64,000 bases of DNA from Candidatus Methanomethylophilaceae archaeon (GCA_944320495.1 CALUHR010000003.1:64001-128000); one strand, 5' to 3'; positions 11,217 through 23,196 are shown, counted from the stretch's first letter. Translations and numbers: made by a program. Notes: generated by a model from the letters alone, not told the origin.

Positions 11217-14200
11217 TCGGCGTCCGCTGCCTACCGCCTCCAATCCGCCTTCTAGATCCGGAAGGATCGTGATGGTCAGTCCCGTCCCGTCATGGAACAC
11301 TGTGAACTGCCCAGTTCCCGCCCCTTCCACTTTAAGAGTCTTGGAGTCCGCATCGTAGGATACCAGATGCGTATCGCTCCATGTGAACACATGGACCTGG
11401 AATCCGGGAACCCCGAGATCGACAACCACACCCTGCGCGAACTGCGACTGGGTGGCCGTCACGCTTATGACTTCGGGAACCCCCGCTTCGCCCGTGAGCC
11501 GCGGCATCGCATAGTATGTTATGGTCTGGGAATCACCAGCCTCGATGGAATCGACCACGGCATAGACGCCGTCGGACATCTCCATCCAGACCTGGGAGTC
11601 CCCCACAACCAGGACACTCGCATTGTCGCAGTGCGGTGCTTTCTTTTCCGAGATAATGGTCCATCTCTCACTGTCGAAGAGTGAACCGTCCAGAGAACGG
11701 TACTCTATGGTGTAGGCTATCAGGTCGAGATGCACCGTGCCCTCGAACCTGTCGGACGTCAGCGGGATGCTGATCGTTCCGGTCTCGAATCCTTCCAGAC
11801 CCACCGTGAGCTGGGTGCTGTTGTACGCATCCGTCGGCACCTGTGCGGTGAAGATCATACGAGCGTCGGAGATAGTGCCGTCGACAATCGTGACAGTCGA
11901 GGAGGATCCGAGGCTGAAGTCAAACCTTATCGACATCCCCGTGAGCCTGGATACCATCTCCTCATCCAGCTCGTTCTCGCTCTCATCGCGGAATACCACG
12001 ATGATTGACACCTCTGTGCTCTGGAGCGTCGCGATGAGCTCCACATCCACCGTTCCGAGGACAAGATACACCATTGAGGAACCTGTCATGGTTCCGGCAT
12101 CGGTGCCGACCTGGGAGGTGGACATGGTGTATGCATCCTCAGTGACAACGGTCAGGATGTACCCCTCGAAGAGAACATCCCCTTCTTGGGCTTCGACCGC
12201 TCCGCTCTCGTTTCCGGATACATCCACGGATGCGACATTCACTGATGATATCCCTTCCCCGATGTCCTTGAGCTCCACCTGCCGGTAGACGGAGAACGTT
12301 AGCTCCACATCCTCCTGGACATCGAGATTCAGTGTCACACTCACGGTCACCCTCCCGCCAATGCTCCCACTATCCGAATCAGTGAGCATCCTCTCGCCCA
12401 TCCACATCGCGTAGCGGTAGCCTGTGGGAAGACTGACTGAGATCGTGATCGATCCAGAGTCAACGACGGCACCCTTCGAATCAGGATTGTTGCCGGTAAA
12501 CGATATGCTTCCGAAACTCCCGAATGAGATCGTCGCTGAGCCATCGCCGAGACCGCTGGAAAGGCCATCGTCCCCGGTGTAACCTACGGTGACGGTGACC
12601 CCAGTCCTGAGATGGATCTCCAGCTCCAGGGTCCCCTCACCATCGTCACCGGCATTCGGCACTACAAACGCCATCTCCATCCCGGGGACCCCGCTGATGG
12701 CTACGCTGTTGTCTCCATAGGAACAGACAGCGGATGAGATCCTGTAGCCATCATCAGCGGTCACGACGACCCTGAGCCCGAACGCCACGCTCAGTGTGGC
12801 ATTCCAGGAACCCGAGCTCGGAGTCCAAGATATCTCCTCTGTGGACCAGAGCCCCTCGAACGAGAGCACTGAACTGGGGTCGCCACCCTCGACGATGACT
12901 TTCATTGTGTACTCGTTCGGCTCCCAAGGCACGTACAGTGTGGTGTCGGTGTACAGGACTGTATCGTCGAAAGAGAATTCGTCTGCATCCGTGAATCCCC
13001 CAACAGGTGCTGAGGAACTCAGGGTCCAGTACTTTCCTGCGAGATGATACCCGGGATATGCCGTGGCGGCCGTGCCGTCCCAGGGTATGACCAGTCCCTC
13101 CCCTTCATCTCCCGGTTCGCCGATGCCGTTGGCCTTCAGCGTGGTCCCGGGTCTGATGTAGACGCTGGTGGTCTCTAGATGGACGTACTGTCCGACGAAA
13201 GAGACCTTGATGCCGAACTTGGCGGTGAGGGTCAGTGACTCCTTGAGCTCGGACGTCATGTTGTACTTCAGAGTCTCGCTGACGTACCAGCCGTCGAGAC
13301 TTTTGAAATATGTGAAGATCGACCCATCTTTCAAGGTTTCGTCGGGGATTAGCGTCAGGAGCCATCCCATCATCTCCCCGATGGTCCCGGTGACCTGCTG
13401 ACCGTCCCTCATGTATGTAATGGTCTCGCTCTCGAGGATGCCTCCGAAGGGGATCTTGATGGATTCCGAGGGGGAATCTGACCATACGAAGGTGTAGATT
13501 CCAGTACTCTGATCCATGGTCACTTCGAGACCGTGTACTTCCCCGTCGATGTCCTTGTATTGAAGGGCCAGGTCCACGGGCTTGGCCTCTTGGAAATGAA
13601 CCGTGACACGATAGTTCACAGTCTCACTACCAGCGGTAGCAACCACGGTGAACACTGTGGACTGCATCTCGCCATCGCCGGAATAGAATATCCTCATTAC
13701 CGAGTCCTTGACACCGCCCTCTCCGAACTCCTTACCTTTGGCATCGGAACCGTTGAGGCCGTCGCTCATGTACTGCGATGCCACCCAGCCCTTGCTGGAC
13801 AGATACGTGGTGTCCGCGAACAGCGTCAGATCCCCGTCGACATCGCTCGTAATCGTGTAGGAGTGCCTGTTTCCGAGGGAGGGGAATAGGACATACCCGG
13901 TACCAGTGCAACGTCCGCCCGACACGGTGGTCATTATGGTGACAGACAGATCGATCGTTTCCGGTACGCTCCTGGGGAGGACGTTGAGCGTGACCTCGAC
14001 ATCGACGAAGTTCACGGGCAGATAGCTTACACTCCCGTTTAGCGTATACGGGATTACCTCCGCCAGGTGCAGAGTGATCACCCCTACGTTCCCCGTCGTC
14101 CCGAAGACGGTCGTTTGATTCATACCGAGATATGAGTTCGATATCAGGGAAGCATCGACGCGTATGGCGAAGTCGTTGGCATTTCCTACTTCTTCGTATG

Positions 14201-17200
14201 CCGAATCACCGCTGAAATAGTACCTCTGGAGCGAATCCCTGCCGGATCCGCTCACATATTCGTGGGTCTTTACGGCGACCTGCTTGGTATTATCCCCGGC
14301 ATCGGATCCGCTGATGGTCATGCTGAAGAAGTCCGAAACGCCAATATCATCAACCGGATTGAATCCGTCTGCCCTCACGTAGCTGTTGTAATCACCCTCT
14401 GTCAGGATATAGAACCCGTTCTGGACAGTGGGATTCGCATATGCCGCTGCGTACGCCAGCATAGAGCCGTTGGACATGTGCGGAAGGATCGCGGTGCCGG
14501 TGGCGCTCCAGTTCTGGGACCCGTCATCCGATGTCGTCCCGAAGTTCAGGACCATCCCCACGCTTACATGCCCCGAGATATACCAGGTCTTGGTCTGGCT
14601 GTTGCCGGTTCCATATATGTAGCTAGCAGGGGAAAGTCTCCCACTATCATCCCTGATGACAAAGCCTGACTCCTCGTCAGTGTACATTGATCCCACAGCA
14701 AAGGCTCCGTAATAGGTATCGCCGGCGGCCCTCGATATGATCGTGTATCCTTTGATGAGTCCTATCCCGTCATCTTTGTTATTCGGACCGATGTCGTCGG
14801 GACCGAGGATGTAGAGCATCCTCCCATCGCGCAGGACGATCTCGTTACCGGTCCCATCCTCATATCCTGTCGTATAGTCCCCGGACTGGGCCAGGTTTCC
14901 GTCGATGTAGCTCTCGTAGCTCTGGATGCCCGATGTCTGAGCCCTCAGATCCAAGACTGTCCCGCCGCCCAGGACGAGCTTCTTCGTGATGCTGTTGATG
15001 GAGACGCTGATGGAAAGGCCCGTGGACGTTCCGTCAGCTGATCCTTCCACGACGATACTGGCATTCTCTATCAGAAGCTCGTTAGCACGCTGGATGGACT
15101 GGATGAAATATTCGCAATCCTGATCGTAATCATGGATGCTGATGGTCGACGTGCCGCCTATCGCACTGTAGTTCCCCTGCCCGAAGATATCGCCGTAGAT
15201 GCTGATCTTCGGAACATCCGATACATCGCTGGGACCTGGCATCACATATCCTGCGAAACCGATGGATGGAACGGGACCGCCGGAAATCTCGATCGTAACA
15301 TCCCCCATCAGCAGCTCGCTGCCCTCCTGGAACGCGGCCTCGCCAGGGGAGTTGAGGTTACCTCCGCCGTAGATGCTGTTGATCCTGAGGTCGTATCCCG
15401 AAACACCGTTGTAGACGGTCAAATACGGAACCGCACCCTCGGCCTCGACGGCGCAAGAGCCCACGAGGATTGTGGCATCCATCAGGGAATGACCCATGAA
15501 GCCCCCTCCATAGACGCCCTGCATGACGACACCGGCCAGGAGACGGATGCTGACGCTACCGACGGCATTTTTGGATTGGTTGCCATCGTAGTCTTGGGGG
15601 GCATCGTGGCCGAGCCTGCTTCCCCCATAGACGCTACCGTTTATCGTAGCACCGTTGATGACCAGCGTCCTCTCGCCGTTCGACATTATGGACTTCGCAT
15701 CGGAGGCCTCGGGCTCATCATCCGGCACTACACCGTAGCCACCGCCGTAGACGTCGCCGTTGACTGTGGAGCCTCCTCCGATGCTGATGCACACCGATTC
15801 TGCTTCGGTGTACGCAGCCGCTCCTCCTCCGAACACCGCATACTGGGTGCTCGTCTCGCCGACATTCGATGCGAACACCGAGACGGAGATGCTATCCACA
15901 TCCACCTTTGCGATATCTGGTTGACCTGTGACCCCTTTACCTCCGCCGAAGATCGCCCCAAGAACTTTGGCTGGATTCGCGGTGGAACCAGTCACGATGA
16001 CGGAGATCGAGGGCCCGGAGACCAGACCGAGTGCCCCTCCCCCATAGACGGATTCTTCGACCGTGCCGCCGGAGATGGTGACGGACGTGCCACCGGTGAC
16101 CATCGCGACATCCTTGCTGGTGTCTCCATCGACTCCCATGCCTCCGCCGTAGACGGATTCTTCGACCGTGCCGCCGGAGATGGTGACGGACGTGCCGCCG
16201 AAGACAGAGGCCACATCTGATGTGCCCTTGCCGTTGTATACGACGCCTTCACCTCCTCCGTATATTGAACCCACGACAGTCCCATCTTGCATGATGATGC
16301 TCGTGGTCCCGTAGACATAGGCTTTTCCTGTAGGATCGTCTTTTGTTTCTGCATATTCAGCTTCACTGAGCGGATCTGCCCCTCCGCTACCGCCGCCGAA
16401 AACCGATCCTGTGATCTTTCCCCCGAGGATATTGACAGTGGTGGACCCCTGTTCGTCAGTATAGACGGTTCCCACGGTTCCTCTGAACCCTCCCCCATAT
16501 ACCGAGCCGTTCACAACCGCCGATTCCTTGATTGTCACATCAGTGTACCTGACTCCAGGCCCTTTCGTACTTGCAAAGGTGTCCCAACCACCTCCAAGCA
16601 CATCTCCCGGATATTCTGATGTCCCCACCTTTGCGGAGCCACCGATGACGACATTTGCCGTCACCACCGGGAACTCATCTGATGGGTTGCCGTCGGTCAC
16701 CGCGCCGCAGACCATGTACACGACGTACGAATCCCCGGCTACTGTGACGTTGGCAGTGTCCACGTGAGATGACTGGCCTGACCTCCCTCCACCCTGGACT
16801 GCGAACACCTTGGCTTTGCCGACGATATCGACATTGCTCGTAACGACTTCACCAAGACGAGAGCCGCCGACGACCGTCTGATAGACGGAGTTCGTAATCG
16901 AATGGATGTTCCCATCCCAGATGCTTCCTCCGGCGATGAGAACGTTGGTCTCCGACAGCTTCGACTTATTACTCTGGACCCCGTGCCCCCCATAGACGGA
17001 ATCCGTCACCGTCCCGCCGAGGATCTTCACGGATGTTGTGGCTTCAGCGGAGCTGGATCCGGATGAACCACCCATTATTGTCTGATAATTGCCACTGAAG
17101 ATGACTATGTCGGATGAAGTTCCACTGGAGGAGAGTCCGCTTACCTGCACACCTTTACTGGAATCTGAGATCCCCGTGCCCAGTATGACGGACTTACTGT

Positions 17201-18104
17201 TCCCACGGATACCTTCATCTTGATTTCCGTGAGCGTTTGCAGATGCTTCCTTTCCGTCAATACGGACATTATCGATGATACAATCCGCTTGGATGTCCCA
17301 GGTGGAGTTAAAATTCAGAGTCTTTAGAGAACCATTCTTGCTGTCGCTGTCTGAGACGTAGCTCCTGATCGTGACGGTCTTGTTTATCGTGCTTACGGCG
17401 ATGTTCCGACTCTCATTATCATCGAAATACAGAAGGATGATGCTGCGATATTTTGCCTGGGGACCATCAACAATTGATATTCCTTCATTCCACCACCCAT
17501 CAAAGACACTATCTTCACAACCATTCAGCGCATAGTCCAATGTCGTCGGTTCAGACCGCGTTCCATCGTCTCTTTCCCGATGGACCAGCGAACTATTTCC
17601 GTTATCATCGTCATCATGCCCATCAACATAGCGGACATCGTAAAGTGTGTCCCACTGAGCTGTGAGTGTCAGAGTCTTATTATTCCAAAGCCCAGCATAC
17701 TCTGATGATAGGAGATCCGTTCCCGGATCGACGACATAGTCAGTTCCCGAGACCTTCCATCCGACGAACACAATCGTCTGTTTTTTCACATAGTCTTCTA
17801 TGATATACCAATCTTCCACGGTATTCGCATAACCGGCTCCCGTGACGACGGTCGCATGCTCATCTATGCTACTAGAATAACCAGAAGAGGCCGTACTCCA
17901 GAACTGCGGGTTGTATTCGGCCACAGCATAGCCGTCGTACTTCACCTTCACATTCTGATAGCCTGTGCTGTCCGGGTCACTGTTGTTCCCTGTAGGCAGG
18001 CCTTTTACTGTGCCCGGCTCATACACGACATAGTAGTCATCATCGGTGAAGTCCGTATCATCCGGATCTGCCGAATACAGGACGGTGATGCACGATAGCA
18101 GCAT
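11217..18104 (-). CDS. ~2300-aa adhesin-like protein with VYGGG/VFGGG Gly-rich repeats and one Flg_new-like repeat; start uncertain; proposed end at CGA 11219-11217 (standard stop at 11190)
   Basis: ORF 11190..18104. Repeated (T)V.GSVYGGG motifs suggest a beta-helix. The hydrophobic signal helix begins upstream of the first ATG. Confidence 0.8.
16045..16196. repeat. Exact 47-bp direct repeat (16045-16091 and 16150-16196) inside the adhesin
   Basis: tagacggattcttcgaccgtgccgccggagatggtgacggacgtgcc occurs twice, 105 bp apart, encoding GTSVTISGGTVEESVY. Confidence 0.9.
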
Positions 18105-18316
18105 GAGGGCTACAGCTAGGATCGCGAAGGCTCTGACAGAGTGCTTATGACTTCCTCCACTCGTCCTCGCAAACAGGGAAATCCCCTCCCTCCCCCCCCA
18201 GCGAAAGCCGGGAACGACCCATAGTGCATGTCTGAATCGCCATTGGATGCTCCTTCATACCTGGTCTAGGAAACATATTCTGTGGAACATGTTCATAGCT
18301 TGATTTTCCACTCCAC

Positions 18317-18331
18317 TATATTATAATATTT
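18317..18331 (-). promoter_or_regulatory. Putative TATA box of the adhesin operon
   Basis: AT-only stretch tatattataatattt upstream of the minus-strand operon. Confidence 0.45.
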
Positions 18332-18780
18332 ACGCTATTGTGTACTATGGAGAATACAAATTGTACCAAATGTACGGAACGAAGTGAAATTAAAACGCCG
18401 TTAAGTCCGAGTTCGGTGTTAACTCGAGATTTCGACGAAACTGCATAATGCATGGTCTGAGAACCGAATATCCTATTCCTTAACGCGAAAAACCAGGGCG
18501 GAAACGGCCGCTTTTCTTCCGAAACCCCCGTTCCGATGCGGAGATCCCCCAATGTTCCGACCCCTTAGTAACACCCGGATCGCCCGATCCGCCGCGGACG
18601 CTGGCCTTCATCCGCAATCCTACCATCGGGTGCGTTGGTTATGTCAATCCGCAAAACATACAATTTATTCCATTCATAGTTTCACATTTCATACGTATTT
18701 TTCATACGAATAATAAGTATTAACAACGTGAGATTTCCATAAAAAACTAGTTATTTAACCTCAGATTAACATTCATCATT

Positions 18781-20127
18781 ATGCTGAGAAGGAAGATTGA
18801 CACGGAGCTCTACCGCTGGCGCGGCTCCCACGGCCACGGACCGCTCATCATAGCCGGCGCAAGGCGCGTCGGCAAGACCACCACCGTCCGCGAGCTCGGG
18901 AAGCTCTACGAGCACTTCGTGGAGCTCGACCTCGAGCGTTACGCCAACCACCGCGCCATGCTCGCCGACTCCCCCGACCCCCAGACCCTCGTGAACAGGA
19001 TCAGGGACGAGTACGGCAGGGACTCCGTCGTGAAGGACAGGACCCTGATACTCCTGGACGAGATCCTCGCCTGCCCCGGCGTGTGGGCCACCCTGGAGAA
19101 GCTGGTCGGCTTCCGCGACTGCGACGTCATCGCCACCGCGTCCCTCCCCGGGATGGTCCGCCACCGCGTCCCCGACGGGATCGGCTACATGGAGATGGGG
19201 CCCCTCGATTTCGAGGAGTACCTCTGGGCCCGCGGGATCTCCGAGGCCATAATCGCCGACGGCGTCTGGAGGATCCGCGCCCGCAGGCCACTGGACGACG
19301 AGCAGATGGCCAACGCCGGGATGAGGATGCGCGAGTACATCGCCGTCGGCGGGATGCCTCAGGCGGTGAACGAGTACATCGCGACGAACAGCATCGACGA
19401 GGTGCACCGCGTGCACGGGGAGCTCATCACCGTCTTCAGGGGGATCGCCGGCATCTACGCCGACCCGGGCATCAGGGAGAGGCTCTACGAGTGCTACGAG
19501 TCCATCCCCGAGCAGCTCGCCGAGGGGAACGGGAGGTTCTTCTTCTCCAAGATCAGGACGCACGACGGCAGGAAGACGTCCTACGGCGCCAGGGAGTACG
19601 GCCCCGCCATCAGATGGCTCACGGACAGCGGCTTCTGCATCCGCTGCGACGTGACCGACGACACGTCCACCGACGGCTCCGGGGAACTGTTCAAGCTCTA
19701 CATCGCCGACTCCGGGGTGCTCAACTCCATATACCCCAGGACCGCCATGCGCGACATCCTGGACCCGTCCTCCCCCGTGAGCGAGACCCCCGGCGCCGAG
19801 AACATGCTCGCCTGCATGGTCGCGAGGTTCGGCGACGGGATGCTCCGCTACCGCAGGAGGTCCACCGAGGTGGACTTCCTCACCTACCGCGGTAACGACC
19901 TCGTGGGCATAGACATCAGGTCCGGGAACAACCCCAAGTCCAAGGCCCTGGAGACCCTGCTCTCCGGAGGGAGGATAGACCGCGCCGTGAGGTTCTGGGA
20001 CGGCAACCTGTCCATCGGAACAAACGGTGTGGAGAGGTACCCCCTGTTCTCGGCCGGGTTCCTGGACACCATCCTGGGCCCGGTGCCGGTGGCGGATTCG
20101 CGGCGGGGGGGGGGGCCCGGCGCCTGA
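18781..20127 (+). CDS. AAA+ ATPase (AAA_14 type) with DUF4143-like C-terminal domain
   Basis: Walker A GARRVGKT, Walker B ILLDEI, MGPLDFEEYL, YIAVGGMP, KLYIADSG, TEVDFL. Confidence 0.85.
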   Translation: MLRRKIDTELYRWRGSHGHGPLIIAGARRVGKTTTVRELGKLYEHFVELDLERYANHRAMLADSPDPQTLVNRIRDEYGRDSVVKDRTLILLDEILACPGVWATLEKLVGFRDCDVIATASLPGMVRHRVPDGIGYMEMGPLDFEEYLWARGISEAIIADGVWRIRARRPLDDEQMANAGMRMREYIAVGGMPQAVNEYIATNSIDEVHRVHGELITVFRGIAGIYADPGIRERLYECYESIPEQLAEGNGRFFFSKIRTHDGRKTSYGAREYGPAIRWLTDSGFCIRCDVTDDTSTDGSGELFKLYIADSGVLNSIYPRTAMRDILDPSSPVSETPGAENMLACMVARFGDGMLRYRRRSTEVDFLTYRGNDLVGIDIRSGNNPKSKALETLLSGGRIDRAVRFWDGNLSIGTNGVERYPLFSAGFLDTILGPVPVADSRRGGGPGA

Positions 20128-20396
20128 GGCGCGACCGCCCGCCCGTGCGATGCTATCGATCCCAATGTGCCAGCATGGCCGTTCCGTACCTCTGAGGACG
20201 GGCGGAGGAGCCGCCCGGACCCCGTCAACCGCCGGAGGATGCTGGCACCCTTCCCGCCATCCTCCTGCCCCTCCCGGACATGTGAGTCCCGAATGCATCC
20301 AGAATGCCGCCCCTCCGCGACGTCTGGGTCTTTCCTTATCCCGACCTGAGGAAGGACTTTGTTTTTATATCCGAAAGGTATCGACCGCCGATTAGC

Positions 20397-21809
20397 TTGC
20401 TGCGCATCCACAACACCCTCACCGACTCGGTGGAGGAGTTCAGTCCAATCGTTCCCGGTAAGGTCTCCATGTACGTCTGCGGCGTCACCGTCTACGACGA
20501 CATCCACATGGGCCATGCCAGGAGCATCATCGTGTTCGACGCCGTCGCCCGCTACCTGCGCTACCTGGGGTACGACGTCACCCACGTCACCAACTTCACC
20601 GACGTGGACGACAAGATCATCCGCCGCTCGGCGGAGGAGGGCGTGGAGCCCCTCGAGCTCTCCGCCCGCTACATCAAGCGCTACTTCGAGGACGTCTCCA
20701 GGCTCGGCGTCGTCCCCGCCACCATGTACCCCAAGGCCAGCGAGAGCATCGGCGACATCATCTCCATGATCGAGGAGATCATCGCCAACGGCTTCGGCTA
20801 CGCCGCCGCCGACGGCAGCGTCTACTTCGACGTCTCCAAGGTCGAGAACTACGGCAGGCTCACCAACCAGACCGTCGACCAGCTGCAGTCCTCCGGCAGG
20901 ATCGCCGACGACCCCAACAAGCGCGGCCCCCTGGACTTCGCCCTTTGGAAAGCGGCCAAGCCCGGCGAGATCTCCTGGGACTCCCCATGGGGCCCAGGAC
21001 GCCCGGGATGGCACATCGAGTGCTCCGCCATGATCAGGAGCTGCATGGGCGAGCAGATCGACATCCACGGCGGAGGGAACGACCTCATCTTCCCGCACCA
21101 CGAGGACGAGATCCTTCAGACAGAGGCGGTCACAGGCAAGCCCCTGGCCAACTACTGGATGCACAACGGCATGCTCCAGGTCAAGGGCCACGGCATGTCC
21201 AAGGAGGAGAAGATGTCCAAGTCCCTGGGCAACTTCTTCACCGTCCGCGACGTCCTGCAGAAGTTCGACGGGCGCACCGTCCGCTTCTACTTCCTCAACA
21301 CCCACTACATGAGCCCCCTCGTCTACGGCGAGGACATGCTCGCCGAGGCGGACGCGGCGAGGGGACGCCTCGTCAACAACTACCGCGAGCTCCAGTCCTA
21401 CGCGAAGACCGCGCCGTCCTCCACCGCCGACCCCTCGGCCACCGTGGAGGAGTACCGCGCCAGATTCTGCGCCGCCATGGACGAGGACTTCAACACCCGC
21501 GAGGCCATCGCGGTCATGTTCGAGATGGCCCGCGCCACCAACAAGTCGATGGCCGATGGCACGCTCTCGAGGGAGGAGGCCGAGGCCATGCTGACCCTGA
21601 TCGGCGAGTTCGACTCCATCCTCGGCATCATGCCAGAGGACACGAAGGACGAGGGGCTCGACGAGATCATGGGGATCCTCATTGACTTGAGGAAGGAGCT
21701 CCGCTCCAGGAAGATGTACGACCTGTCGGACCTCATCCGCGACCGCCTCAAGGAGGCCGGCTTCGTGCTCGAGGACTCGGCGGAGGGCGCCAAATGGAAG
21801 AGGGCCTGA
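20397..21809 (+). CDS. cysS: Cysteinyl-tRNA synthetase (TTG start, probably leaderless)
   Basis: MYVCGVTVYDDIHMGHAR (HIGH-like), DFALWK, GRPGWHIECSAM, KMSKS. TTTTTATAT box about 30 nt upstream of TTG 20397. Confidence 0.95.
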   Translation: MLRIHNTLTDSVEEFSPIVPGKVSMYVCGVTVYDDIHMGHARSIIVFDAVARYLRYLGYDVTHVTNFTDVDDKIIRRSAEEGVEPLELSARYIKRYFEDVSRLGVVPATMYPKASESIGDIISMIEEIIANGFGYAAADGSVYFDVSKVENYGRLTNQTVDQLQSSGRIADDPNKRGPLDFALWKAAKPGEISWDSPWGPGRPGWHIECSAMIRSCMGEQIDIHGGGNDLIFPHHEDEILQTEAVTGKPLANYWMHNGMLQVKGHGMSKEEKMSKSLGNFFTVRDVLQKFDGRTVRFYFLNTHYMSPLVYGEDMLAEADAARGRLVNNYRELQSYAKTAPSSTADPSATVEEYRARFCAAMDEDFNTREAIAVMFEMARATNKSMADGTLSREEAEAMLTLIGEFDSILGIMPEDTKDEGLDEIMGILIDLRKELRSRKMYDLSDLIRDRLKEAGFVLEDSAEGAKWKRA

Positions 21810-22819
21810 CCAGGAAGGGCGAGCTCCTCCTCGGAGGCGGGATACGCCTCCCCGAGGGGTTCGTCCTCCCCTGCCGCGTCTCGCAGTCCACCGCGGGACC
21901 GGGAGCCGGGTCGGGTTCGGCAGTCTTCGCATTCGACAGATACAGGGTGAAGAAGACCGTCTCCTACGACGAGGGGGAGTTCGACCTCCGCGTCGTGGAC
22001 GGGGAGATGTCCATCTGGAGGGACGGGACCCTCGTGGTGGACGGCGTGACCATACAGCCGGTAATCCGCCACTGCCCCAACCAGGCGTTCTTCAACCTGG
22101 ACCAGCACTGCATGTACAACTGCGCCTACTGCACCTCCCCCCTCCTGCCGAGGAATCTGGACAAGGGCCTCACCACCGAGAGGATCATGGAGATGCTGGA
22201 GGAGTCCCTCTCGCAGTACAGGTTCAAGACCGTCGCCTTCACCAGCGGGGTCGTCGGGAGCGTGGGGCACACCGTCGACAGGATGGCGGACGCCGTGAGG
22301 GCGGTCCGCGAGACATACCCCAAGATGACCATCGGCGTCGAGCCGTACATCACCGAGCCGGGACAGATCGCCCAGCTCAGGGAGGCCGGTGCCAACGAGA
22401 TCAAGATCAACGTGGAGTGCGCCACCAGGGACATATTCGAACGCGTATGCCCGGACCTCGACTACGACAACACCTTCGCGATGCTCCGCGAGGCGGGCGT
22501 CCATTTCAAGAAGGGGAAGGTCGCATCGAACGTCCTCTACGGACTCGGCGAGACCGACCAGGACATCGACATGACCCTGGAGAGGCTGTGCAGGATGAAC
22601 GTCCTGCCCGGCCTGCGCGCGGTCCGCATCAACGACATGAACAGGGACAGGCTGCTCGCGGCCGGCGTCCCCGACGAGAGGCCCACTGTCCTCAGGGCCC
22701 TCTTCCTCGCAGGCCTCCAGAAGAGCGCGATGAAGCGCCACGGCCTGAATCCCGAGCGTTTCCACAGCATGTGCTTCTCATGCGCATGTTGTGATCTGGT
22801 GCCGTTCGTCGATTTCTGA
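21794..22819 (+). CDS. Radical SAM protein (biotin-synthase-related archaeal family)
   Basis: CMYNCAYC CxxxCxxC motif and a Cys-rich CFSCACCD C-terminus; overlaps the end of cysS. Confidence 0.8.
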   Translation: MEEGLTRKGELLLGGGIRLPEGFVLPCRVSQSTAGPGAGSGSAVFAFDRYRVKKTVSYDEGEFDLRVVDGEMSIWRDGTLVVDGVTIQPVIRHCPNQAFFNLDQHCMYNCAYCTSPLLPRNLDKGLTTERIMEMLEESLSQYRFKTVAFTSGVVGSVGHTVDRMADAVRAVRETYPKMTIGVEPYITEPGQIAQLREAGANEIKINVECATRDIFERVCPDLDYDNTFAMLREAGVHFKKGKVASNVLYGLGETDQDIDMTLERLCRMNVLPGLRAVRINDMNRDRLLAAGVPDERPTVLRALFLAGLQKSAMKRHGLNPERFHSMCFSCACCDLVPFVDF

Positions 22820-22900
22820 ATCGGACACCGTCCGGAATCATCCCATAACGAAGTGTGGACAGAGGCTCGACTGACCTCTAATGGGCCTGCCTATTCGCTT

Positions 22901-22909
22901 TTTATAAAT
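22901..22909 (+). promoter_or_regulatory. TATA box (TTTATAAAT) inside a convergent intergenic region; candidate promoter of an antisense/sRNA
   Basis: Canonical archaeal TATA with no annotated gene downstream on the + strand. Confidence 0.45.
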
Positions 22910-22987
22910 GGACCACGATACAAAACGCAGACCGCAGGCGGCCGTCTTTGACGGCCTAAGCTGTTTAGTAACCTGTTCGCGAGCAGG

Positions 22988-23080
22988 TTACCGCAACAGT
23001 TCGACTATCAGCCGAACCGTTTGGAGGACCAGGGACGCGAATTGCAATAGGAGTCCCTGGTCCGGATTCTTCTGATTCAG
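22988..23080 (-). CDS. Candidate 30-aa amphipathic peptide (CTG start), DinQ/TisB-like type I toxin: MNQKNPDQGLLLQFASLVLQTVRLIVELLR
   Basis: Perfect GGAGGTGA Shine-Dalgarno (23092-23085) 4 nt before CTG, the same spacing as gene 11128. TAA at 22990-22988 lies in an 8-bp hairpin. Confidence 0.45.
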   Translation of the reverse strand: MNQKNPDQGLLLQFASLVLQTVRLIVELLR

Positions 23081-23196
23081 ATTATCACCTCCTCGAAGTT
23101 CCAGATCATCGGGAACCCACCACAGGGAAGCCCCCTGCGGTAGGCTTCCTCCTTGGCCGAATCACATATCCAGCGCTTCCGATTCTTAAACGCCAT
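23077..23196 (-). CDS. Candidate 39-aa upstream ORF whose TGA overlaps the CTG of the peptide (CTGA)
   Basis: ATG at 23196 and TGA at 23079-23077, encoding MAFKNRKRWICDSAKEEAYRRGLPCGGFPMIWNFEEVII. No homology recognised. Confidence 0.25.
   Translation of the reverse strand: MAFKNRKRWICDSAKEEAYRRGLPCGGFPMIWNFEEVII

Noticed and set aside
20101-20127. CGG as a second stop codon (CGG-CGG near the AAA+ end) and the G11 run as a phase switch
   Set aside because: CGG occurs inside several genes, including the conserved Cdc6 YVNCR. Slippage in the G11 run would change only the last few residues.
20192-20220. Hammerhead ribozyme (also CTGATGA at ~55916)
   Set aside because: The required GAAA after stem II and stems I/III are absent.
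21794-22819. Radical SAM gene as pylB
   Set aside because: No pylC, pylD, pylS or pylT neighbours; the sequence resembles a different biotin-synthase-related family.
23084-23093. ATCACCTCCT as a 16S rRNA 3' end
   Set aside because: No rRNA sequence around it; it is the complement of a minus-strand Shine-Dalgarno.
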